A DNA stretch of 64,000 bases from the NCBI RefSeq assembly GCF_036365525.1, contig NC_090403.1, positions 56,545,095 through 56,609,094 on the forward strand, read 5' to 3'. The notes under the pieces are model-generated. The model was not told the origin of the DNA, did not search any database, and saw only the letters and a program-made list of their open reading frames with translations. Position numbers and translations under genes: made by a program. Numbering within the stretch: the first letter of the stretch is position 1; each line of letters starts with the position of its first letter. Below are positions 13,565-25,018 of this stretch, piece after piece. Origin of the DNA: Heterodontus francisci (Eukaryota).

Positions 13565-13890
13565 TGTTCATTCATTCGTGTCCTCTTCTTCCCAGAAGGT
13601 TGACTGCCATGGATCTCCACCTCTGTCTGTCCTGTACTGTCCTTATACTTCCACATAGGTTAGCTGCATCCGGTCTATTATATCTGTCATCCATTTTCTC
13701 CTCTGCTTCCCTCTCCTACATTTTCCATTGATCTTTCCTTACAATAATTGTCTCTGTCTACACTCTGCTCTAATGATGTGACCGGAATATTGTATCTTTC
13801 TCTCTTTGATGTTATGCACTAATTTCCTCTTTTCTCTATCCATTTCTGCCACTTCCTCATTAGTCTTTCTGTCTGTGTAGGATATGCACA
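13565..13890 (-). mobile_element. Old RTE/BovB-type LINE 3' fragment
   Basis: The minus strand reads YSGHIIRAE..GKINGKCRRGKQRRKWMTDI, an RTE C-terminal motif, with stops. Confidence 0.6.
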
Positions 13891-16284
13891 TTTAAAATCC
13901 TGTGCTCCAGTTATACCATGGTTGTATTTTTAGGAAGGCATATGGATACCTGAATATTGCTCTTAACTTTTAGAGGTTGAAGTATTTCCTTCTGTATTAA
14001 ACAGAAAATGATTTGGGAAACATGGTATGTCTCAGGAAAGTGAGGTGTGATGCTGTAACATATTATGAAGCTTCATTATAATATTTAAAGTACTGGGCGC
14101 CCTGTAGAGATTTTTAAAACATGAATGCTGGACATACTGAATTCAAAATGGGAAAAGCTTGAAATCCACAACCAGTCCATTGGGATCTGTAAAGAAAATA
14201 CAGGAAGTTTACATTTCAAGTGGGACCATTATCAAAAATGTTCTGACGTGAACATGCAATCAAGCTTTCTCTTTCAGATGCTGACGGATCTTTGTATATC
14301 TAGCATTCTGTTATTACCGTTTCTTTCCCTGAATAAACTGTGGCCCTTGTTTGGTGAACCATAGTATTGAGCCCTTTTTCCCACCCAGTGCCTTCATTTG
14401 ACTTATTCTTCCTGTTTTGGTTCCCATGCACCAGCACTTTGGCTGAGCTGCCTGGGCAGTTGACCTGCTGGCAGGGATCTTCCATCGCGGTTTTTGGAAG
14501 AGGAGTGTGAGAGCATCCTGGGGTGATTCACCTTCTGTTATAATCTCTGTTTGCACAGAGGGATACCTGACCACTGCCCTGTAGCACAGTTGTTGTTCTC
14601 CGTGTGGAATTGTGAGTGCCAGTCTCCATCCTACTGCTATGTGTCATGGTACAGTGATCACCTAACAGCAGGTGGGCGTGTGTTGTGAAGAGATGGGTTT
14701 TTTCTTCCAGAGGCTGTGTAAACGGTCCTCACCAAAACCTGTTGTTGGATTTCATCACATTAACAATTTGTGAGAGGACGAGTGGTAGCTGAAAGTGTAA
14801 ATGCTGTATCCCTGCTGTTGTTATTAAGTACGCTACCTGTTTTACAGTGATTGCTGTGGATATAAAAGCGAAGAATACAATTCAGATTTAGATACAAAAG
14901 AGAAATTACACCCTGCCACTTTTATTTCAATTGGCCCTACTTTTAGGGGGATTAAAATTTCCAACAGGTGTTACAGGAGAATGAACTGGAGCTGGAAATA
15001 TGATAAATAACCTGTATCCAGCTTTTGTTATGCTGTACTCCAGCTGTTTAAATAAAATGGGGAGCGGAGTGAAAGAGAGAAGGCTTAACTCTGTGAGGAG
15101 TTATTGTTCTGCTTGTGAATACACCATAGCCTAGATTTTCTGATTGGCATTATTTTATTGCCGATGGTTATCTATTTAAAATGAGACGATCGCCTTTAAA
15201 TCATATGGATCGGAAAACCTAGGCCCAGTTGTCTCTGTGCTTCAACTTGTTTATTATTTTGCTTTCCAGTTTTCTTAAATTGAATGCTAGCTCTGTTCTT
15301 CTGGGTGAGTTTTTAATAGGGAAGAATATTCTGGGAAGCACTTAAATTCTTAAAAAATCTCACTGTTTAGCTGAGACACTCTTACTTTTCTGAAATCCTG
15401 GTCCCTGAAACTTGACCCAATAGACTGTGAGATGCATGAAGGGCTTGAGGAAGAGAAATAGCCATCAGCCCATTGAGCTGATCTTTCAAGTGTTGGATCT
15501 CCTCTTAGCATCCAGCTGTATTTTGAACATTCCAGATGTTTTGACCTCTACTATAATGTCTTTTTGAGTATAGTTCTTAACATTGAGTTTAAATTGACAC
15601 TTCACTCATTTCAATTTTTGTCCCCTAATTCTGCATCTCTGGTTTATTTTTGAATCAATATTTTAGATTTGCCTGATTTATAAGTGTAATTTCATAATTG
15701 TTAATTGTATATTACTTGGGTTTTTATTTGTATTCAGGTGGTGGGTATTAATTGGGGACTGTCCTGTGCATGTATATATAGGACCAGACTGAAAGGGTTT
15801 TTACAGTGGAGGTGCACAGTATGTAATGTCTGTCTCTGTAAATTAAAGCTTTAAGCAGTGCTCCTTCTAAAGTGCGCAACTGCACAGCCATGCAGCAATG
15901 TGCTGTGCAGGGAACAAAGAGGCCACACACAATAATCCCTTTAAGCTATATGACTACCCTTCAGTCTTAAAGGGACCGTGCAGTACAATAAGCTGGCCGT
16001 ATACACCAAACTGAAGTTAGAGGGGGCATTGATTGTAAGTGAATAAAGATTAGGCTCCAGTATTCTATCTTCACCTGACTTTCCGAATTTTAACAATAAC
16101 TCGTATACCTGAATTAGGGCTTTTCTTTCCACATTGTAAGGTTCTTTCTTTGTGCCTTCCCTCATTCATAGTCTAGTATCAGTATTGCTGCTTTCTGCAC
16201 CTTCTCCAGTGCAGGTATATAGTTGCTTCACGCCAGGCAAATGTTTTGGAGAAAATCCCCAAATCCTTCTCAATAAGATGGTGA

Positions 16285-16530
16285 AGTGGGTTTCCTCCGG
16301 GTGCTCCGGTTTCCTCCCACATGCCAAAGACTTGCAGGTTGATAGGTAAATTGGCCATTATAAATTGCCCCTAGTATAGGTAGGTGGTAGGGAAATATAT
16401 AGGGACAGGTGGGGATGTGGTAGGAGTATGGAATTAGTGTAAGATTAGTATAAATGGGTGATTGATGGTCGGCACAGACTCGGTGGGCCGAAGGGCCTGT
16501 TTCAGTGCTGTATCTCTCTCTCTAAACTAA
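16285..16530 (+). mobile_element. 5'-truncated V-SINE (HE1-like) with CR1-derived tail
   Basis: V-domain GGGTTTCCTCCGGGTGCTCCGGTTTCCTCCCAC. The tail GGGCCGAAGGGCCTGTTTC is shared with CR1 3' ends (e.g. ~30480). Confidence 0.8.
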
Positions 16531-17324
16531 ATGGAATTGAGTTTATCTCTGGTGCTGACCGGTGCTAATTGTTTTACTGGGCTTACAAATGATGAATTGC
16601 CACTTTAGCAGAGTGTCAGAGGGCTGCCGGGATCAGCATTTTCAGGAGAGAGGATGGAAAATTGGCCAAAATAAAGTATTTACATACTACATATAGACCC
16701 AACATTTAATATTTGTAGATATTATGCCTGCATAGGTTTATCTTTTTGAAATGCTGGCACAGTGAATGAATGGGCCACTACAGAAAATCCAACTGCGTGG
16801 GTTTGAAGCTGACCACAGATTAGAAGAATAGATGCCTGGAGGTTTCCATACTCTGCACAGCTCCTTTTCTTTCTGTGTGGCTAAACTATATTTACTTTAT
16901 GACGATTTAAAAAGCTTGACTCATTATTGTAGTTGCAGTAGATGTTCAAAATTTATGACTAATATCATAGTTTAAAAATGTACAACAACATATATTTTTG
17001 TAGCACTCTTTACATATTGGCATTTCTGAGCACTTTGGTGTACAGCAGGGTTGGGGAGAAGAATGACAGGAAAGGAGTGGGAAAAATTGCAATCAAAGGC
17101 ATGGGATGTGCTGAGTACGTTCGAAAGGGCAGAAGCAAAGTGGCTGAAGGAGTGGCTGCTGGTGATGGAGGGGGAGTGAGAAATATAGGAATGGAGGGTG
17201 TGCACGGGGATTTGGTAGGCACAGTCGAGGCTGTAAAGTCAATTTTATGAGACGTTGGAAGCTTGGCAAGAATGGTGACGTGTGCATCAGTGCAGGTGAG
17301 AACACGGAACATGGTGTTTTTTTT

Positions 17325-18850
17325 TAGCCATTTGGGCGATGTGGGCGTCGCTGGATAGGCCAACATTTATTGCCCATCTCTAATTGCCCTTGAGAAGGTG
17401 GTGGTAAGCTGCCTTCTTGAACCGCTGCAGTCCTTGGGGTGTAGGTACACCAACAGTGCAGATTTAAAGTATTTGGTAAGAGAAGCAAAAGTGACATGAG
17501 GAAAATCTTTTTTACGCCGAGAATGGTTTTGGTCTGAAATGCACAGCCTGTGAGTGTGGTGGAGGTAGGTTCAATTGAAGCATTCAAAAGGGAATTAGAC
17601 TCTTGTATGAAAAGGAAGAATGAGCAGGGTTACGGGCAGAAGGCGGGGGAAATGGAACTGAGTAAATTACTCTTTCGTAGAGTTGGTGCAGACACGATGG
17701 GTCGAATGGCCTCCTCCTGCACTGTAACAATTCTGTGATTCTGTTAGGAAGGGAGTTCCAGGATTTTGACCCAGTGATAATGAAGGAACAGTGATATAAT
17801 TCCAAGTCAGGATGGTTGTGTGGCTAGGAGGGGAATTTGGAGTTGGTGGTGTTCCCATGCATTTGCTACCCATGTCCTTCTGGGTGGTAGAGGTCATGGG
17901 TTTGGAAAGTGCTGTTGAAGGAGCCTTGGTGAGTTGCTGCAATGCATCTTGTATATGGTACACACTGTTGCTACTGTGCGTCGGTGTTGGAGGGAGTGAA
18001 TGTTGAAGGTGGTGGATGGGGTGCCAATCAAGCGAGCTGCTTTATCCTGGATGGTGTCGTGTTTCTTGAGTGTTTTTGGAGCTGCACCCATCCAGGCAAG
18101 TGGAGACTATTCCATCACACTCCTGATTTGTGCCTTGACAGGCATTTGGGAGACGGGAGGTGAGTTACTTGCTGCAGAATTCCCAGTTTCTGACCGGCTC
18201 TTGTAGCCACAGCCTTTATGTGGCTGCTGCAGTTCAGTTTCTGGTCAATGGTGAACCCCAGGATGTTGATAGTGGGGTATTCAGCAATGGTAATGCCACT
18301 GAATGTCAAAGAGAGATGGTTACATTTTCTCTTGTTTGAGATGATCATTGCCTGGCACTTGTGTGGCACGAATGTTACTTGCCACTTATCAGCCCAAGGC
18401 TGGATGTTGTCCAGGTCTTGCTGCACATGGACATGGGCTGCTTCAGTATCTGAAGGGTCGCGAATGGTGCTGAACGTTGTGCAATCATCAGTAAACATCC
18501 TCATTTAAAGGCCTGCTCGGTTCTGCAAAAAAAAACACGACCCGAGCCCGACAGAACCACATCTGACCTGAGCCCGACCCGAGTCCTTCCATTTTTCACT
18601 TCCTGATCTGCACAAGCTTAAAATAACTGTAAAAAAAAACAAAACACCTTTCTAGTCAAAAAAATTACATTAACAGTGGAGCCCCTTACCCGTGATAGAG
18701 CTTGTCTGACCCGACCTGAGCCTGAATGCTGGACCTGGAAGTGCAACCGGACTCGACCTCGACCCCGACACATGTCGTCGGGTCCCTTCGGGTTTGGGTC
18801 GGGTAGCATGCCTTTAATCCTCACTACGGACCTCATGATGGAGGGAAGGT
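17325..18850 (-). mobile_element. CR1/L2-group LINE 3' portion, with a nested CR1 tail (~17460-17742, +) and a nested hAT MITE
   Basis: ORF 18115-18504 (MFTDDCTTFSTIRD..WADKWQVTF) carries the RT motif. Same family as 43960-45080 and 60475-62320. Confidence 0.8.
18506..18816. mobile_element. hAT-like MITE
   Basis: TIRs TAAAGGCCTGCT / AGCATGCCTTTA, many CCCGA/TCGGG subterminal repeats, imperfect TSD atcctcat/atcctcac. Confidence 0.7.
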
Positions 18851-20011
18851 CTGGACAACTCGTAGCTTATGAATTGTAGAAATGGGGAGATTAGCAAAGA
18901 GCATTGGAGAAGACTACGTGTAATTTGATAACAGCATGAATTAGGATGTCTACAGTGGAGAAGGGAGTTAGCCACAAAGGCATGTATTGCTGTGGGTTTA
19001 TAGAGTAAAAGTGAAGATGAGGTTTATTGGGAAATTGCAATTTGGCGATGCTGTAGATCTCATAGAAGGAAAGATTCTTAGCCTGCGTTTTGTAATCGGT
19101 ATTTAACGTACTGCTAGCAGTGATTCATTTATATTTAAATACGTTAATGGTAGTGTTAGAATGATGGCAGCCAGAAAATGTGGGCTGTAGGATCATAGCA
19201 ATTGCAGCATGCAAGTATCTGTGCTGGAACTAGTCTTCAACTGGAGCTATATACTGTAATTCCATGACGCTGTACTCTTTTCCCTCTCCCCCCCATTTTC
19301 ATTTTTAAATACTTATCTGTTCCTGTTTTTGAGGGAAATAAGTACTTCAGCAGTCTGAACACCTGGGAAAGAATATGACTGCATTAACTCTGGATTTTAA
19401 CACAGTGAGGAGTAGGGATGAGGAAGAGCAAGTAGGATGGTCTATCCAAAATACTGGCAACATTGGGATGTTGAACACTTGGATACAGTGTACAGCAGAT
19501 TGTAGCAGCTACATGTACGTTATTTGGAACTTGAGACGTTATTGTATTAAAACTGCTTTTCTTCCATAATGTTTCAATGTATATATGAAAGTTTCAAAGT
19601 AACTTGCTTTTGGGGCAAAAATAGTCCTGTTAAAACTGCACATGTATTTGTGTGTATGAATGTCAAGTTTCATTGATCAAACTGAAGACATCTGTTCATA
19701 TTGTTTTCTGTGAATCAAATTTGTGATTTTCAGGCATGTCTGTAAAACTTTTCAGTGTTAAGTTTGGAATTGAATAGTATTACTAAGCGATGTCTGCAGC
19801 AGGCACTACATCAGTTAGTATTAGTGAATATACTTTATGCAGTATAGTAAACATTTGGAATATGCAAATGATACTCAGTCCAAGCCAATACTGTGTATGT
19901 GCCAGCTGCTTATTGACTCTATCAAAGAACGCATGCATGGCACAGTACCATAGCAGTGCTTTTGGCAGCTGTTGAAGCAGGAATTGAAGTGCAGGCTCAT
20001 TTATGTGTGGG

Positions 20012-20211
20012 AATAAAAACAAAAAGTGCTGGAAATACTCAGCAAGTCTGGCAGCATCTGTGGAGAGAGAAGCAGAGTTAACGTTTCAGCTCAGTGACCT
20101 GAAATGTTAACTCTGTTTCTCTCTCCACAGATGCTGCCAGACCTGCTGAGTATTTCCAGCATTTTTCGTTTTTATTTCCGATTTCCAGCATCTGCAGTAT
20201 TTTGCTTTTAT
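20012..20211. mobile_element. Penelope pseudo-LTR-derived fold-back (hairpin) element
   Basis: ~80-bp inverted arms (20012-20092 / 20096-20176). Flanking 12-bp direct repeat TTTATGTGTGGG at 20000-20011 and 20212-20223. Confidence 0.85.
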
Positions 20212-22109
20212 TTTATGTGTGGGGAATGCTAGACTGGGGAAGATTTTAAACTTGCAGTGTTTCATGTCTTATTGTTTCATGCAAAATAACTCAACCATGG
20301 GTGTGAAATGATAAAAGTGAATGATACATTGAGAAGAAAAAGTGTATGAAGATTATTGTTTAGATATTCAGAAAGAGTAATGCACAATTTATTGAAGGTG
20401 TACTTCTTGCTTGTCAAATTACTGTGCCTCAGGCTGCAAGCTAATAACAGCACTAAGAATTAATAACTCATTGTTTATGCTTTGTGGGAAATAAGGCAGT
20501 TCTTGTTTCTACAACGTTTGGGCTGAGAATTGGTATTGGCCTGCTGACTCTCAAACCAAACACGAGCAATAGGGAGCTAGACCTTGAACCATTACCTGCC
20601 ACAACCAACAATGTTGGGACATATATTTTTGTTAAATACGGAATGAGGAGGCGAGAATTCAAATCATAGTATCTAATGTTGATATCCACGTGGTTTTATT
20701 TGGTGTTTTTTGCTGCTGCTTTTAAATCCTGGCTCTAACGAAATGCTGCTGCTGAAAACTCATTCTGGTATTTTATTCAGTGTTACATAAGTTACAAATT
20801 TATGTAAAGCCTAACTTTAAAAAAAAAATGGTTATCTGGCCTGAGTGATTGAAAAAGTTCTGAAACAAATAACACTGTGAGAAATGGGAAGTTAAGAGCA
20901 GCCCTCATTGTTTAACTCTTCAAAAATCACTGTGGGGAAAGTTCTGAGCTATAGGCGATCAGCCAGGGCGTGTATGTGCACAATCAACATGAGCTTAGTG
21001 GAAGCCTCTTGCTTGTCTTCAGGTGAATCACTCAGGCTCAGCTTTGCATCTTTCCTAATTAGATGTCACTCTGTAACCACCCATCAGTTGAGGGCTCATA
21101 ACCAAACCCCTTCTCTGCCAGTGAAATAAAGAATATTATTTGCTGGGTTATGGCCAATCTGGTCCCTGTAATTTTGTAACTGAATATTTTGTAACATTTG
21201 TGGGAGAATCGTTAAGTGCATTATGATTTCTGTTCATTGTACATCACTAGCATGAGTGAAAGCATTGTCAGTGTTTCCCTCCTTTATCAGAGGATGTTTT
21301 AATAAATCCTTTTCTGGTATATGTAAATCACAGTTATGTCACACAAGTGGTCTTTTTAAGAGGAGCAGCATTGGCTGAATGATGGCATTAATTCTTTGTG
21401 ATAATTTGTGTTGGATTTGTCCACTTCCAGGCATTTTAGAGCTGCTTAGCGACGGGTCCGATGCTGTTGTGCAAGACCCTATAATGGATTCATGTACTGA
21501 AATGCTGAAGCAATACACTCTTCATCTTGTTCAGTGTTTGTCTGAGTGGAGAATACATCACATCTAAATGGGACAATTAAATACACCCATGTTTAAAATG
21601 GACAGTCACTTCTATCGGCCAAAAAGTGTTAACCATTATCCATTTGTGTTAACACCAATTTCACAGTTGTCGGTTATTGCGTTTTAACTGATCTACCTGA
21701 CAGTCAGCTAAAATGTACAAAGTTTAATTGCTTGAATGGTGCCATTCCTTGGCTGACATTTACTATTGGGGCTCTTCTCCACCATTAGGTTAGATTGTTG
21801 TGCATAGCACTGTGTGGAAACAAGGTGGCTTACCAACAAATGGAAAAGGGGATATTATTAACAGGGGTCCAAAGGTCACATTGCTTTTTGAAAAACCTTC
21901 TGTTGCGCTGATCAGAGTTGCCAGAGAGGCGATGGACATGTCTTGTGGGCAGCCTGTGTGTTCAGAATAGAGTGGGGATTACACTAGTTTTAGCAGCATA
22001 GTGTAGTCAGTAGAACTGTGCTTTTCCATGCGCAACCATAACTTGTTTGAATTTTTGCCACTTTTTTTGTATGCTGACCATTTCATTTCTGTGTTTCTTG
22101 TTTAAACTC

Positions 22110-22244
22110 NNNNNNNNNNNNNNNNNNNNNNNNNNNNNNNNNNNNNNNNNNNNNNNNNNNNNNNNNNNNNNNNNNNNNNNNNNNNNNNNNNNNNNNNNNN
22201 NNNNNNNNNNNNNNNNNNNNNNNNNNNNNNNNNNNNNNNNNNNN
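22110..22244. other. Assembly gap or masked run (135 N)
   Basis: Directly visible. Confidence 1.
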
Positions 22245-22251
22245 GGTCACG
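22147..22251 (+). CDS. SMARCE1: SMARCE1 exon 4 (mostly in the N gap; start inferred from a 105-nt orthologous exon)
   Basis: After the gap, ..G GTC ACG|GTAGGA gives (R)VT plus a donor, as at the end of BAF57 exon 4 (..NSRVT). A polypyrimidine tract and ctgac branch-like motif precede the gap. Confidence 0.75.
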
Positions 22252-25018
22252 GTAGGAGTATTAACTATTGCACTGCAACAAAAAGTAAAGGCTAGGCCAG
22301 GATTGCGTATGTGCTGAGTCTGCAGAACTGGTGATTTAGAGTACAGAAAGCAGATGGTTGGCATTGGACCCAGTTTTCACAACGCATTGCTTATTTGGGA
22401 ACCCTGCTTCAGGAGGTTCACTTTGGCAGGTTTAATAATTACTATAGGGTTGACGAATGCCAAAGCTTTAAGAAGGAAAAAGTCTGAATGTTGCAAATCT
22501 GAAATATAAATTGAAAGTGCTGGAAATACCAAGCAGGTCAATCAGCATCTGGAAAGACTGAAGAAAGATTACTTGTTACACCTGGGGTCCCTTATAGGAA
22601 CTGTGTTCTGCTAAGTGGTCTGTAGCTGAAAAGTTAACCTGGATTTGCTGTTTTCACATGTTAATAGACCTGCTATGCATTTCCTGATGTTATTTTGGAC
22701 TTCAAGATGGAGCATGAAAGGGTTCGGTGTTTCAAAATAAATATTGGAAATATGCAGTAAAATCTGTTTGGCAATTCCATTAAAACAATCACCTACCTTA
22801 GCCTGTATGCACCGAATTACCCTTGTGACTTTTAAAACCTGCTTGTTTCAACCACATAACTTCTGCAGAACTGATATTTTGGGAACCTTGATTGTAGAAT
22901 ATTATAAACTAGACTTTAAAATATGCATAGACTTTGGCAATGTTAATCTCCGTATTTTGCTTTTATTTCCCCTCATGCTATATTCATCACATTGGGAGGA
23001 CAAGGAAATGTCAGTATTGGGGATGGATTTTTCCATTTTTTTTCACGTTCGTGCTAGCATTACTTTGGACACAGCATAGATTAGGTGACCAAGAGAACCC
23101 GGAAGTTAGAAGACAAAATTCCATTGAATATGCAGCCCAGCACCTCCAGCAAATACCACCATCTGTCTTACCCAGTCTTTTCTGTTCATGCTATATATAC
23201 AGTATTTTGTTTCATATCACATTTGGTTTGAAGTATATCTCTGTCTTAATCTGCCATTTCAAATTCTGAGTTTTTAGACTAAGCAGTTTTGGAGTTGTTG
23301 ACCAGCAGAAAATCTGCAGGTTGTTTTCCATAGTACATACACTGTTACCATACCATACACCTCCCTTCTATATATTCTTTCCTTTTCTCCCCAATTATGA
23401 TCTCTATCAGAGTTAATGTTAAAAGGTTAACTCTGTTTCTCTCTCTACAGATGCTGCCAGACATGCTGAGTATTTCCAGCATTTTCTGTTCTCATTTCAG
23501 CTTTTGTAGGATGTTGTTCAACCTTGTACAGAGAAATTTGTTTGAATCCTGTCTCATGGTCTCTTAGTATGTTTTATGCTTATCTCCTAAATGTGTGACA
23601 CATCTGACAGATAGTAGTCCCCTCTCATAAGTAGCTTTGCTAGTTCTCATCCTGATTTAATCATCTGTGGCTGGGATTGAGGTTAAAATGTTAAGCAATG
23701 TGCTTGTTTGTTGTTTCAGTTCAGCAGACATGTTCTTTTTGAGACTGCTTCTTTGACTGCTCAAAGCAAAACTCACATTATACCTGATCCATTAAATTAA
23801 GGAGACTTTGTACAAAACAACAAACGAACATTACTAAGTTTTAGAAGCTAACTTGTGTAAACTTTATAAAGCATTTTGAATAGTTTCAGCCAATTAGGAA
23901 ACTAGAAACTAATCAAGAATAGATTGGAGTTGTTGAGGAACCAGTGTAAAAAAAAAACTGCTGAAAACAGCAACTTGTTCTGTAACTGTTCGACCTTAGG
24001 TACCAGCGGCATCTTGTTAATAATTACTGAACTTATGCAGGTAATCCCTGGGACTGGGGAGAAAGTAGAAAGTTTAATTTTTATATTAAGTTGTTGCTGA
24101 AGTTCATTTAAGGAATTGTGTTGGAGTTGAGAGTGGTGTCCTTCTGATTTCCTTAAGTTATTCAATTTTGTGGACCTTAGCTAGGTTAGAACTTCCGAAA
24201 GCATACAAATGTAGGCATATGCAGGATGGTAAAGAATGTAATAGTCCATATTATTGATCCTGGTTGTGTCTGTGGGTCCTTTGCTGGGTTGTAATTTGAT
24301 CTTTAAACAGCACAAGAAAGCCTCTATCAGGCAAATGGGCTCTACTGTAACATTAAGAATATTTATCTTTCTTCCCCTGTTATTTTCTGCTTTTCCATTC
24401 TGGAGCTGGCAACTTGTGCTATGATACAGCGCTGAGTGCAGCTGTTCACTAAATTGCACACAGAGGGCTGCTCTTCATTCATAAGCAGAGTACTGGACTG
24501 TGGAGGGCATTGCACCTGACACTATCCTATCTTCACCTAGCATCCACACAAATGCACCTTTTCAACAGAAGTCACTGGATGATTTATTTTTCCTCATTAA
24601 ACTAGGGGCATTAGGCTAATTATTACATCTGTTCCACCTGGCTGAGTTTAGGCAACTGAGGAGAATGTTCTCTATGTGCATTTATAAATGATAACTATTA
24701 CATCTATTCAATTAGAGGGTCTTGGGTTGCACTTGAAATGTTTCCCATTGTAGTCTGATGTCATCTAGCCCCCTTCAGATTCGACTACAACACATTTGGC
24801 ATTATCTAATATTCTGTTTAATTGTAAAGTTTTATAAAAGCCAGACAATGAAAAGTAGGTCATTTGTGGAGACTAGCTTTGGGGTTCCATGTAATAAAAT
24901 GGAATGTTTCTCGTGGATTGATGCTTCATAAAGTCGAACAATGACAGACCAATTGAACCAAATGGGCAACTTTAGAGCATCTGCAGCAATGTTGGTTTTA
25001 AGGTGTTAGTAGTATGGG

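Noticed and set aside
20012-20176. miRNA precursor
   Set aside because: The hairpin is explained by inverted Penelope pseudo-LTR arms, and there is no expression evidence.
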